Source: Paraspadella gotoi
Taxonomy: Eukaryota; Animalia; Chaetognatha
Assembly (NCBI GenBank): GCA_051294375.1
Contig: CM119268.1
Span: 19,150,318 to 19,214,317 of the forward strand
Direction of reading: 5' to 3'
DNA: 64,000 bases
Shown: positions 1 through 14,256 of the stretch, piece after piece
Layout of the letters: each line of letters opens with the position of its first letter
How positions within the stretch are numbered: the first letter of the stretch is position 1
The notes under the pieces: model-generated
The model's database searches: none
The model's input: the letters and a program-made list of their open reading frames with translations, nothing else
Told to the model about the DNA's origin: nothing
Program-made: the position numbers and the translations under genes

Positions 1-276
1 AACATTTTAGAAAATAATATATAACAATTGTGGGTATATATACCCGTAAGTCGTACAATAAGGGAAAATAGCGACAATGGACCCTAGATAAATATAAAAA
101 CCACATAAGGTCATCAAATAAGGGAATATCGACCATGGACTAATAATAAAAAAAAATAAAACACGCCTGATAAAAAGGCATAGACATGGGCTAATCGTGT
201 AATAAAGTCAAAAGACGACCAAAACTGACGAGATACTGGGCTTCTTCGGATATAAACTCTTCGCCTCGGATTTAAT

Positions 277-2821
277 TATGGCAACTCTGCAATAGACAGC
301 AGACCTGAGTTTTGACAACGTCGGTCAATCATAATAGGAAAACTTTTTCCATAATTTTCCCATTTGTGTAACCTTGGAATCCCTTGTACGCAATTGCGAA
401 TGTGTCCTGACATGGTTGATGGAACCATTTCAAAGTTACAGCCCCTACAGACGATCGTTCTCCTCTCAATCTGAAAGGAGGTCGTCCTCCTTCAGATGTT
501 TAATAAGTTGACTCTCAAGTCTTGTGCCACAATTATAGACGGAGCAAATAACGCATGCAATTTTGTGCCCAGGGTGATCTTCAAAAAGATGTGACACATA
601 ATACCCCCCTGCAGTTATCAAATGACGCGGGAATTGGACTCGCAAAAGGGGCAGTAATAAAGAATTGAGCGCCGTCTCCCTGCAGGGAGATGCGCCTCAT
701 ATTCCATTTAAACATTTCCCGAAAATATGTGCCTGCGTGATTTTTTACTAAAGTGTCCTAATAAAGGCCACGTCTTCTAAGTCGGAGTCGAGTGCGACAA
801 TGTGTCTTTGCAGTGGTTGTGGTTGCAATGAAAGCGCTGAATCTTGTATCATCAACGTTTTCCATTATCCTGTGACCTAATGCGGGGGGATGAGTTTTTT
901 TTTGCCTACGAGAACAAGTGTTTTTGCGAGGTGAATTGCTAGGTTATGGGACCTTCATCTTAAAGTTGTAATCCTGAGGCCAATAAACATATCCTTTTTA
1001 GCAGTTTGCATGGTCCCGAACGTCGGATTCCCTAGATCAAACGGCCGAAACCAAACTGGCTACAGTTTTGTATTTTTTTTTCCCTTTTAATGCTAGGTTT
1101 GGCCGGATCCTCTACGCTGTAGTGGGAGTCCAGCCTTGCCACAACACCCGCGAGGGGCTTCTACCGTAAGTACCCATCAAATGCTGTTGCGAAAACCGAG
1201 TTTAGCCTGGTCATCCTCGACAAATTAACTTGTTGTATTTGGCGAATCTATTCGACGTCCACGTGGCCCTCGACTGGGAGTGCGCGTCGAATACTGTCGC
1301 AAAACCCGGGTTCGGCCGCCTGATTCGTCGATGAATTGACTCTTGTAATTGGCGAATCTGTTAAGTGGGAAATATAAACAAAATTTAATGCAAACATTTA
1401 ATAAAAAAAATATTTATTTTTAAAAATAAAGTTTAGAATAAACTTTTTGTGGCCTCGGCTTAGCCCCACTTGCATCATTTGTTTAAAAGTGACTCTTTCT
1501 GGATCTCAATTTATGCATATAAGGCCTGGTATGTGAAATTAGACAGATTATTGAAAATTAGTTTGTAAATTTATTTTCGTTCAGCGAATATATTTTCATT
1601 TTTTCTTTTCAATTTAAAAAAAAATACATATAAGTTTTGGTTTACTACCATTCTCGAAAATAAACAAGATGGCATTTAATAAGACATAGATTTTTATCAC
1701 AAAAAAATTGTTTCGAAGTGTGAACCGAAATTATTAAAAATTTTTTTTTGTATTGTGAGAAACGGAATAACAACGAATTTCATGATACATTTACAAAAAC
1801 AAAAACAACAAAGAAAACAAAAAAAAACATCACAAATGATAAATGAAATAGACACTGACCTGACAAACTCGCCTTTGTAGGGCTCTTCAACTGATGGTCA
1901 CTGTTATTACTGGCTCAGCGCGCCTGCGTCGTCCAAACCATGAATTTCTATCAAACTGGTGATTTATCGGGACCAAGGTATTGGTTTGTTTGATTTCAAA
2001 ACCGTGCTAGTAATTGGCCTCTCGTCGGTGTAAAAAGCTGGACACTGGATGCATTTGTTGTCAGACCTCTCGACGTTTTCCAGGAGCTAATCGCAGTCAT
2101 TAATGAACACCGACAATGCTTCGACACTATCTTGTTCTTTGGGTTACCGTGAATTTTTTTTTATTTTGTCGGGGTCACTGTGACGCTTGATTATGGGATC
2201 GCGTTGCCAATTGGCCGGGTTTATCTGGAAGTGGAATGGTACTCTAATTAAGATTCATGAAGGGGCGATTTCGGGAGGTTGGGCTAAGTTTAAAATTCGC
2301 ACATTCGGTTCTTTTTCCTTGCGCATAGGAATCGCTTGCGTTTGCATTTCGTGGATGTGGGATGGGGGGAAGTTGGACGGGGGGGGTAAACAATTTTTAA
2401 CTATTTTTTTTTTTTGGAGAAGGCGTTGACACGCAAAGGCGGCAGTTGATTTGGTTGAAATTTTATTTGGAGGAGTTGGCGTTTTCGCGAAAAATATTAC
2501 TCTCTTCCACTTGTTCTGGGCAGAGAAAATGCATGGGTTTTTCTATAAGCAAACTCGTTGTCGTGGGGCATTTGACAAAAAAAGATCCCGTTTCACCGAG
2601 GCTTGTTTCTTGCTGCCGTTCTCCTTTTTCGTTTGGGTTTTCGTTGCCCGATCTCCTTGTTTTTTCTTGTCGGCTTCGAGTGACGTTGATGGCGAATCTT
2701 CTCGGTGGAATCCCTTGGAACGGCCTTGGGTTGGAACGGTTGACAGTTTCTCCTCGTTCAATTTAATTGGTTTAACGTTTACGTCCTATCTTTCTCTCTT
2801 TCTCTCTATATCTCGTATGTT
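277..2821 (-). pseudogene. Decayed two-exon zinc-finger protein gene (low-complexity N-terminus plus C2H2/C2HC fingers)
   Basis: Hand translation of the minus strand across frameshifts gives YYCPFCESNSRV / GYYVSHLFEDHPGHKIACVICSVYNCGTRLESQLIKHLKE / IVCRGCNFEMVPSTMSGHIRNC (~700-277). A GT-AG intron spans ~1859-1358 (tcag|gtcagt ... ttaacag|). The upstream exon contains ORF 2543..2761. Several in-frame stops and indels. Confidence 0.6.
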
Positions 2822-3915
2822 CTCAGCGGAAAAGATAAAAGGAAGGATAAAATTGAAAAGCTTAAAAAAACTTTAAAAAAGGAAGAAAAAATTCGTTGTG
2901 GAAAAAAAAAATTTAACATTTCCGAAGATCTTAAAAACTGAAGATATTTCTTGTGCCTTTCGCATCTATTCGCTTACAACAGCTTAAAAAAATGAAAACG
3001 GCCAAAAATGAAACAAAGTCGTTTTAATCATTTAAATCAACGAATATTTCTTATTTTATTTTCATTTGCTTCTTGGGTGTGAAATGTTTACATCTTTTTT
3101 GTTTAAAATTCTTCGGAATCTTGAGCGACGGGATTTCGGTGGGAGGGATTTTTCTTTTCTCAGCTTTCGTTGTTGTTGTTGTTGTTGTCGTTGTCATTAA
3201 GGTTTGTCTCTGTAAGTAGAAATTTATGTTTTCCCCTTGACTTTGGAACGAAGTCGAAAAAAAAAGAAACAAAGCAACCAATCAAATCATCCAATAACCA
3301 ATCAACTAAACCAACCAATACAGTAGAGTCGACCACTAAGACTTTAGGTCGGCGACGTCGATAAACTAAAGAATTTAAAAAATCAAACGAATTGAAAAAA
3401 TAAAAATTAAATTCCTGAAGAAACAAAATAGTCAATATAAAGAAAAATGTTTTCAAAACGAATATGAATTCTTGCGAAAATGTATTTTTTTATTCGTTCT
3501 CGTGGGTCAAAACTGTAGATCTATACAGCTATATTATATATGTCCGTATATCTCTAAAAATATCTATAAATCTGTATAAATCTAATTGTGAAATCAAATC
3601 TCAATTAAAGAAATAAATTAACGTCAGGTGACTAAAAAAATGTGGGAATGAAATTGAATCATTTAATTCTTTGCCGAAGTATTTTTTTTCTTTTGGCTAA
3701 AACTCAAATCCTCATTTTCCATCGATTCTAATCGGAGAAAATTAGGCCTCTTTTCGGCCTTTTAGGCCTTTTGTGGGGCCTTTCTACGGCCCCTTTTGCA
3801 GGCCTCTTTCATGTGTTTCACTTCCTGTCGAGAAAGTTTCTTTTTTTTACTCTGGTTTCTTATGTAATAAATTAAAAAAGCATTGATCAAATACTTCGCC
3901 CGTAGAGGCGAAGTT

Positions 3916-4020
<105 letters not shown>

Positions 4021-5410
4021 CTATCCGGAGCGGCCGCACAGCTTTTGGACGGAAGAGAAAAAAAGTTTAAAAAAAAAATTAAGTTTGAGAATAAAATAAA
4101 AAGAAAACATGAAAAAGGTGGAAAAGGCCCGGTTCTTTACTACTGACATTTAAACAAAAGATTATTTAGCAAAGAGATAAACGTGTCTGTCTTCTTTCTT
4201 GCCTTCCCACTATCCCAGGTGAAAAACAGTAAACAATATTCGTTCAATTCATAGAATACTTTACCAAACCTGATAATGCCTTACCTGGATAAAAGTTATT
4301 AACAAAATCTGATTTTAAAATGCATAGTAATATGCAAAAACTAGATTCGTTTATTATTTCTATTAATCTATCTTTTTCTAATTGTCACCAAGGCCAAAAT
4401 TCCGCTTTTTAATGTAAAAAGTACTTTTTTTTATAATTTTTTGACTTTGATCTTTTTTTTACATTAAAATCTCCGGCTGAGTCATCGATGGATAATCTTT
4501 TTTTTCCATACAGCAGAATTTTTTGTGGGATTTGAGTCAAGACTTGAGTCACGATAACTTCATCATTTTTCTATCAGATAAACTTGAAGACAATTCTCCT
4601 TTGTAATTTTTTCATTGTTTTTTCTTTTTCATTTTTAAACTGTGTAAATTTACCGAAAATGCAGAGTTTAGAAGATTGGAAGACCTATTCATAAGATATT
4701 CATTAATATCGTGTATCTATTTATAAACATATAAAGAGGCACGAAAGAACTTAACCACGACTTTTAGGATCGTCGACCCGTCAGAGTGGAATAATAAAAG
4801 CTTTTTAAAATTCAAAAAATGTGGTATAAACCAGTTTTAATTTAATTTTTTTTTAATTAACTAAAGAAAACAAAGTGATCTTTTTTTAAAATAAGAACTT
4901 AGGAGGAAACTTCATTTATCATTGATTTCAATGAAAAGTTGAGAAAAAAAATTGGAAATAAAAAATAAAAGTCAAAAGTCAAAAAGTTGACAACGAAAAC
5001 GAAAATTAGGTCAAATATAAAACAGTGACGTTTACTTTAGAATTGGAAAAATAAAACGACAAAAAGTAAAACAAGAGCAGATATCAATCGTGGTCTCTTT
5101 TTTGATTTCCTATTTCCTTTTTCCTTTTACTTTCTTGCTCCTTCCTCATTTTTTCTTACACTTTACATATTCTCCCTTCCCCTTTCTTTCCTATCTCCAA
5201 CATTCTCTAATGACTTCCGTTTCAACACTTTTTTTAATCCCATTCTATCTCCCTAGTAAATTCCTCATTCCAATCACCTCCTCTTCTCGACCCTCTCCCA
5301 AATTTTTAACCCACCTCCTCCCTCTTCCACCCCCTACCCCCCACCTCCTCCCTCTTCCACCCTCCACCTCTTCCCAATTCCACCCTCCACTATCACATCC
5401 TTCACTTCAG

Positions 5411-5512
5411 CGACTGACGAGAGATTCGAAGAAGAAGGAAGCCGACTTTTTGAAGGATCTCTCCAACTTGGAAGCTCTCGAAGCGAAGGAGACGAGGAGA
5501 CACGCAACGTCG

Positions 5513-5543
<31 letters not shown>
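5411..5543 (+). CDS. Isolated coding-like exon (RLTRDSKKKEADFLKDLSNLEALEAKETRRHATSPSSS), running into an N-gap
   Basis: Long pyrimidine tract and ttcag| acceptor, GC-rich codon-like sequence. It may belong to the downstream AKAP2/MISP-like gene, but the linkage is not established. Confidence 0.4.
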
Positions 5544-7132
5544 NNNNNNNNNNNNNNNCGTTTTCTTCGTCACGCCTTGGTGGGAGAGAACTTTCTTCCT
5601 TTTTTCTTTTTTTTCTTCTTTCATAATTCTTCTCTATTTTTTTTCTTTACAAATCACGGTTCACTTTAATCCTTTTAGTCACAATCTTTGAATAATTTTT
5701 GGAGACTGCTTTCATCCGGCGATAATTTACAAGAATCAAGAATTTCCTCATAAAAAAGGGAAATAGTTTTTTTTTGTTCTAAATCCAAAGAAGGAGCGCG
5801 ATTCGTTCAATGCGCAACCAAGGTTCGCACGCTGAGCCAAAGCCACTGGTTTTTTACTTCGTGCGTGCGTGAAAATATTTTAAGTCCTGCGACAAACACA
5901 AAAGAATCTAACTTTAAGAAACTAAAAATTAAATCGTCAAAACTTAGAAACAAACTAGAAAACCTGATCGAACTTAAAAAAAAAAAAAAAAAAAACACGA
6001 AAAATTTGCAAAATCCGGATCTGGATTACGTTAAAACAAAATCAAATAAATAATGTTAATCTATTCTAAAATTCTCGCAAAACATTTATGAGATTGGTAC
6101 AACCAATATAAAAATTATCCATTCATTTAATAAATAAGCTATCTTGCCCTTGACTTTGGACAGGCTTTGGTGGTTTATTTTGGTGCTCATGACCTATTTT
6201 TCATCAAACCCTTCAATGCCATCTCTTTCCGAGATTCGCATTCAATTTTTTTTTTCTGTTAAATGTCAAAGAAATTCGTTGCTAATTATTTTCCGAACGT
6301 TCGAGGAACGCTGCCACTTAATTACCTGCGGAAAGAAACGAGAAGATATTTTTTTAAGCGTTTAATATCTAATTAGAGATATTTCGTGAAAGGTACACGA
6401 CGAACTTAGTAATTACTTTTAATTTCTATAAATAGAATCCACTAATTCAATAGATATTTCAAGAAAAGAACAATCATTTAAAAGCTAAGACGTAAGGATA
6501 TTTTGATTTTCCCCGTGAAAAAAGATGTACATACGTAAGTTGTACGCTTTAAATAATTTCATATTATTTTCATACTTTCATAATTCACCCATAAAATAAC
6601 TCGTTTCACTGAATGTATAAAAGTGAAAAAAAATTTATGATTAAGAAGATAAAAATTATGACGACGTTGATGACGATAAGACAACCGATTAAGTTTCACG
6701 CTTTTGGATACAACTTTTTGTAAAACCAAAAATCTTAAATGACCGGAATGTGATATTAAACGGAAAAAGAAGTAAAATTTATTTTCGTTATAAACATCGA
6801 TGTGAATGAGAGAAATATTTTTGGTCTTCGTCACGCGAAAATCCTTCGTCTTGGAACCGAAAATATCTGAATACAAACAAGAATTTTCTCTGGGTTATAT
6901 GATCCGGGTCGCGGCGGCGGGATTCGCCGGCCGAGACTAACAAGAGTATATTTTTTTTGGGAGGGGGGGAGAATACGGCATCAGTATTAGTTCATGGGTC
7001 AAATTGGGTCATTATTTGACTGTAAAAGTCTAATTTTTGAAAAACGATAAGCAATAAAGTTGATGGAACTTTTTTTCTAATAAGCTTGCTTTGCCAAGGA
7101 ACAAAACTGGGAAAAAAATATTTTCACTTAAC

Positions 7133-7194
<62 letters not shown>

Positions 7195-7997
7195 TCATCA
7201 TCGTCGTTGTCTATGATCTCATTCCTTCCCTTATATTTTTAGGGTCAACTAGAGCAGAACAAAAGTTCATCTGTTCGCAAACAGACGAACTTAAAAAGAG
7301 AAAGAGAGAAAAAAACTGTTGTGTTCGGCCCAAGGCGATGACAATTAAAGTATTAAATGTTAAAAGAATAAATTCAATATAACTTTATTAAATATATAAG
7401 AATAAATAGCTCCATCTGATTGGAGTTTTAAATCGGTTTTGTCTCTCCTGATGATTCCAGCGTTCGTTGGAATCGTCCTTGTTTTCGTCATCGTCGTCGT
7501 CATTATCGTCGTCGTCGTCATTATCGTTGTCGTCGTCGTCGTCATCATTATCGTCGTCGTCGTCATCGTCTTAGTTTAATGCATTGTTCTTGTTAGTCAT
7601 CTTTCTTTTTACTACTACTTCTATTACTAATACTAATCCGCTCTTTGTCTCTCTCTCTCTGCATCTCTTCGCTCTCGGCCCTCTGTCACTCTCTCTCTCG
7701 TCTCCTCTCTCTCTCATCTTTTTTTTTTTTTTTTTTTTTTCCACTCAACCCAGACAGTGAAAGAAGCCCAGAGGAAAAAAATCTAAAGAAAAAAAGAAAA
7801 AAGAAATCCGGAACGACAATGTTCTTTTCAATCTTTTATTTTTTTTTCAAGCACAAACCTAAACTTATTTACAAAAACTTAACCCAAATTTAAACGATAT
7901 TTAAATGAAACATAACGGTCCATTAATTTTTTTCAAACCCGTTCTTGTTTTTACAGATTTTACAGATTAAATGATCCCTTAAAAAAACCCGGATGTG

Positions 7998-10900
7998 ATG
8001 ATGGACGACAACCTCGATGACACGCCCCCTTCCTCGGCCCAACCGCTTTCAAAGCCCTCTGTCGGACCCGATGAAAACTCAAAAGAACAACCTGAAACGA
8101 ATGTCGACGGCGAAACTAAAGAACACGTCGTCCCGATCGAGGAAAATGAAAAACTAGAAACATCAACAAAAGAAGAACGGGACAATAAAATCTCCAAAGA
8201 AATATTAAAGGAAAATTGGATCGAGGAGACGAACGAAAAACTTGGAGAATTTTCGAACTTTTATCATCATCAACAACAACAACAACAACAACCTTGGACC
8301 CAGTTAACGACCAATCAGAATAGCGAGGAATCTGAAGGACCAATGAAATGCGTCGAAAATGGATTAGATGATCGAGAACAAAAGCTTGAGGAAGCTTCGG
8401 AAAGCAAAACTCAGACAATAACAAAAATAGAAGAACAATCGAACGAAACAAAGGAACAATTGATCGAAACGAAAGAAGAATCGAAAAAAACAAAAGAACA
8501 CTCGAAAGAAACGAAAGAACAATCGATCGAAACGAGAGAACAATCGATCGAAACCAACGAACAATCGATCGAAACGAACGATCAATCGATCGAAACCAAC
8601 GAACAATCGAAAGAAAAGAACAATGTTCCCATAGCCGCCGCGAGGCGACGCTTTTTCGCCGCTCAACAAGAACATGCCGCTCTGTCGGAAGATGACGTCG
8701 TGAAAGTCGCCGAAGACGCAGCTGCCGATTCAACCGCATCTGCCGAAGCAGCGGCGCCGGTAGAAGAGGAAAGCTGTCGCGCAGTCAGTCTAGAAAATAG
8801 CGCTGGCGCCCTGGTCAAAGACGATGACAACGCCGTTCAAAAGAACGCCGATGAAAATGACGCCGGCCTTGTGATTGGCGGCGCTCTTTCCAGCGAGGAC
8901 TCGGCCGTGGAGGACGAGGCGGCGTTGACGTCCTCTTCTCACTCATCGTTGACGCTGAGAGGAGTTGACGAGGAGGAGGAGGAGGAGGAGAAGAAGGAGG
9001 AGGAGGAGAAGAAGGAGGAGGAGGAGAAAAAGGAGGAGGAGGAGAAGAAGGAGGAGGAGAAGGTGAGGGAGGACATCGAAGAGGAAAAGAAGAAGGAGAC
9101 GAGGAACGACGAGAGAAATCGAGAGGCTTTTACTGGTGAGTGATAAAGAAAAGCGGGTTTGTGATAAGTGTGGGGATAAGTGATTGATCTAAGTGATAAA
9201 AAGTTGTAATGGATTACAAAAATGTAAATTTTGTTATGTTAAATGTTACAGAGTTAAAAAAAATTGTGAATAGTTTCCGAACTTTCCTCAAAACTTTATG
9301 AACTTTAGGTCTTTCGGACATGTCACGTACTTCTTTTATTAAAGGGTAATTTAGGATAAAGAAAAAAACAAACAATGTAAATAGTAAGACGACAATGTAC
9401 CTTCTCTCTCATTTTCGCTCTCATAAATTCACATAAGTCAAAGTTCGTTTTAATTTTAAAAGTCCATTTTTCTAAATACGAATTGTCGAGTACAAAACAA
9501 TTTCAGGAATTTCATTTAAAAACATCGAATACAACGACAACTCTCTCTCTCTCTCTCTCTCTCTCTCTTTATCTTCTCTCTCTCTCTTTCTCTCTTATCT
9601 CTCTCTCGTCTGCCCTTCCACACAGAATGTCCCGAGGTTCTGTTGGAAATTCAAAAGATGAATCTCGCCGAGGCGATTCAGCACAATCGAAGGATGAAGA
9701 GGAGCATGTCATTGACGACGACGACGACGACGACAACGACGACGAACGGAACTTCCTCGCCGGCGTCGCCGACCTTCGACGACGCCGGTTCGCCCTCGAC
9801 TAACGGCGCCCTATCACCCAGAAACGGCGCCACTTCGCCAGGTGAGGACTGAAAAATTATCTTCTGGTTTTTTGTTTGGGTTTTTTTTTATATTTTGTTT
9901 GTTGTTTGACTGTTACTCCTTAATTATTTAAGAAATATTTTCCCACTAGAGCTGCTGGTCCATTTTTTGACACTTTCCGTGAGTCTGTCCGTCCGTCCGT
10001 TTCTTTGTCCGTCACGTCCGTCCGTTCTATTTGTCACGATTCTCAAGTTATATTATCATTTTCCCTGATTAAGTAAACGATACTTTTTCGTGACTTAAAA
10101 AAAGAGAAACTTCAGCTCATTAATCCATTAATTTGTCGCCTCCGGGATTTTTTTAAGCTATAAATTAAGTTAGTATTTATATAGAAACTCTATGCAGCTT
10201 TGTCCAAGGATAAAGTATATTCGTAGGGATATTTGTCCTTTCGTATAAAGCCTTTCCTTAATAACAAATAAATCATCAGATTAAAGCCAAGTGTTCATAT
10301 TCATATTTATTTCCTAATCATTCCTTACTGTACATTAGGGTGAAGTGAAAGTTTGAAATCAAAATTTAGCAAATATATTTTGAAAACTATTATATTAGTA
10401 AATACTAATCTGTAATTTTTTTTTCTTTTTTTACAAATATAGTAGCCCAGTCAGCTTATTTTGTACATAGTATATTATTACATTATATAATGTCAAAAAT
10501 TCAAGATATTTTTTATAAATTCTGAGAACAGATTCAGATTCCTTGTTAAAAGTTAATAGAAGAAAATATAAATCTTTTTCAAAAATTATATCATTAAGTA
10601 GGTTAAAATTATAAAAAAAACTATATTTTTAAGCTCGAAATTGAAAATCGGCATCTTAAATACATTTTTTTATATTTTTAATCAACTTAATGAAAGAATT
10701 TTTAAAAAAGAATTATACTTTCTTATATTAACTTTTTGCAAGAAATCCAAATCCGATCTTAAACTTTAAAAATTTGTATTTTGAAATTTTAGCTTATAAT
10801 ATACTTAATACTATATATAAATATAGCTCATTGGTGGCCACTAATGTATAAAATTAAAAAATAAATTTACCAAAGTATTTTTATTGGTTTTTATTTTCAA

Positions 10901-11020
10901 GTTTTATATGCTAAATTTTAATTTTCTAAAATTTTATCATTTTCACATCACTCTATAAATATTTTTTTTCGATGGCGCGAATTCTTTAACCTTTCATTTA
11001 CGACCAAAGAAAAAAAATAT

Positions 11021-11075
<55 letters not shown>

Positions 11076-14000
11076 AGAGAAAGAGAGAGAGAGAGAGAGA
11101 GAATAAAAAATGGTCATGATGAAATCTGTGCGTACACAAATGGTTTCTTATCCCCCTCCTTTCTACCGGCCTTTCAACGTCGTTGATAAATTTATTTATT
11201 TTATTTATTTTATTAATTTAATTTTTTTAATAGATGTTAAAAATCAAAGTTCGAACTTCATCTTTAAAGACCTCGTTCGTTTTTCAGCGGAGGTGACGTT
11301 AATACGAGATTTCCCTTTTTATTTTTCGCGTAAATCCGGACTCTGCTTTCTTTCTTTTCAATTCAAAGTTATATTAATATAAAAAATGGTATTGGTAAAA
11401 TTAAACTTTTACTGGATCATCTTATCTATTCATTTATCTTGAAGAGACAGTAATTATTGTTATGTGTTAGTGACAGAACCGTTCAATATAAGCAGTCCCT
11501 GAGCTTCGGAACAGGCTGTAAGACCATGTTACAGGCGGGTTAAGCGCCCCGTCCCTCTTAACTGCTAGGCGACCACCGGGCTAGAACCCCGGACCTTTGG
11601 GTTGGGAGGCGAATGTCTTGCCTCCGGCACCAATGGCCGCTGATGAACGGTTGGTGGATTTTAGTCCACCATAATCTATTATAATTTAAAATAATTTTAA
11701 ATTGGCTAGTTGTGACTTTCATTTCGGTCAACTCGATATTTAATGTGCTTTAAAAATTATCAATAGTCGTTAAGTGGACAATTCTGCAAATTATTTTCTT
11801 TAGATTTTACTACTTTTCTGACCATCCCCTTCATTGACGAGTTAAGTTTTTGTTTTTTTTTTTTGTCGGGGAAAAAGCCTCTTTCAATTTCCCGTCCCAT
11901 TCTAGTCTACTACTGTTAAAACCCTTTTTTTGCGGTCTCTTTTTCCTCACAGAATTTTAAATTTCCCTAAAAAATATCAAACACTTATTTTTCTTCTTTT
12001 TTTTTATTTCACTTAATTTATTTTCCTTTTTTTTTTTCATCGCGATCAGCGGAGCTGGAATTTTTCTTTCTTTTTTTCAAATTTTATTTAGAATCCGAAA
12101 AAGAAACGAAAACAAATCGACTCTGATTTTTTTTAATTTTCTTAAAAGGAAAACTTTTTTAAAAAAGTTTGAGTTGTACGTTTTTTGTCCTTTTTTTATC
12201 CTTCGTGCCATCATGCTCGATTTAACTTTGGTTTTGAGAAACAAAAAAGAGTTAACTCATTTTTGCGTGTTATTTTCTCAACTGAGTTCGATTGTTTATG
12301 CATTTACTGCATATTCGTTTTTATCTGACCCGTGAATTTCAATACTGATTACTTTATTTGATTTTATTCTTTGTTCACTAAATCTTAACAACTTTTCATT
12401 TCCATTCCTCGATTTACGACCTTCATATAAGTCCTTACCTTTATGCAAAACAGTTCCAAGTTTTTTGTTTTTAAATTTTGATTTCCAGTTTTTTCTTCTT
12501 GAAAAACGTTTGATGGCTTCGGGGGAAAAAAGTAAACCAATATTTTTTTTAAATGAACGAAATCTACTTTTTTTCGCTCTATCACTTACCTTACTTTATG
12601 TCTTTAGACATTGTACAAACATAGATATACTAGATAATTAGGGATGATTTAATTGAATGTTTATTGAGTAATCTCTTTCATTTTCATTTCTTTCTTTTTT
12701 TTTTCTTTTTTCTCTTTTTAGTCTATGATTCACTTTGTCGGTCCGTCGGTCCGCCCCCTCAATATTGTCCGACACTAACTTATATCATGTCAGAACATCG
12801 AATTATGATAAATTGTCTGTCTGTCTGTCCGTCCGTCCGTCCGTCCGTCCGTTCGTCCGTCCGTCCCACATAAGCAAAAAACACCAATTACTCGTGATTG
12901 GATGGATGGATTGGAATGAAATTTTGTGTGTGGGTAGGGAAGTGTGTGATTGAGCTGTATATGAAGTTTCGGTGGAATCGTCCGAGTGGAAGTGAGTTTA
13001 AATTGAAAAAGCAAAAAAATAAATTTCACTATTTGAACACCAATTACTCAAGAGTGGAGGGGGCGATTGACTTGAAATTTTGTATTTGGGTAGGAAAGTG
13101 TGTGATTGAGCTGGAAATCAAGTTTGGATGGAATCGTTTTAGTGGAAATGAGTTTAAATGGAAAAAAACAAAAAACCTGTTTTACTAATTGATTACCCTT
13201 TTTTTTCCTTTTATATTAAATGTAAATGAAGGATGTATTAATAAATCATATAATTAATCAGTTAATTAATCAATTAGTCAATTAATTAATCAATAATTAA
13301 TTAATTAGTCAATCAATCCGTCCATCCGTCCCATCTTAGCAAAAAGCTCCAATAACTCGTGATTGGCTGGTTGGATTGGAATGAAATTTTGTGTCTGGGT
13401 AGGACAGTGTGAGATGAAGCTGGATATAAAGTTTCGATGGAAACGTACGAGTGGAAATGAGTTTAAATAAAAAAAATATGAGTCACATTTACTTGAATCT
13501 TTTTGCTTTCACGATCTTGTTAGTCTTGCAATGTTACTTATTTTAACCCATAATTACTCGAATTAATCATAATTGAATTAATAAATTAAAAAGGAAAGTG
13601 TGTGAAGAAGCTAGATATAAAGTTTTGACGGAATTGTGCCAGTGGAAATGAGTTTAAATGGAAAAAACATAAGTCACATTTACTTGAATCTTTTTTATTT
13701 ATGATAATAAATGTTTTAATTGATTAATTAATTAATTTGAAAAAAATGATACAATTTAAAAAAATTATGCAAGTTGAAAAAATTATGCAAGTTGAAAAAA
13801 TTATGCAAGTTGAAAAAATTATGCAAGTTGCAAAAAATTATGCAAGTTGAAAAAATTATGCAAGTTGAAAAAATTATGCAAGTTGAAAAAAATTATGCAA
13901 GTTGAAAAAATTATGCAAGTTGAAAAAATTATGCAAGTTGAAAAAATTATGCAAGTTGAAAAAATTATGCGAATTGTAAAATTGATGAAAATTGAAAAAA

Positions 14001-14160
14001 ATGATAAGTTGAAAAATTATGTGCGTGGAAAAAATTATGCAAATTGAAAAAATGATGCGAGTTAAAAAAGATTTTAAAAAATATTGTGATTTATCATCTG
14101 ATTAGCAGATTACCGCTTAATTATTGTAGGCAGATCCGACATTGTTTGCTCAAACTTGTT

Positions 14161-14220
<60 letters not shown>

Positions 14221-14224
14221 TTTT

Positions 14225-14256
<32 letters not shown>

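Noticed and set aside
11625-11656. TC-cggc..gccg-CTGATGA in family-1 LTRs, resembling a hammerhead
   Set aside because: There is no GAAA or stem III in a compatible position. The sequence is the antisense of the tRNA-like cassette.
13760-13970. Regular 18-bp arrays (also 47090-47412) as CRISPR-like or coding repeats
   Set aside because: They are head-to-tail with no unique spacers, lie in a eukaryotic intron inside a HINE-like element, and the ORFs over them are repeat artefacts.
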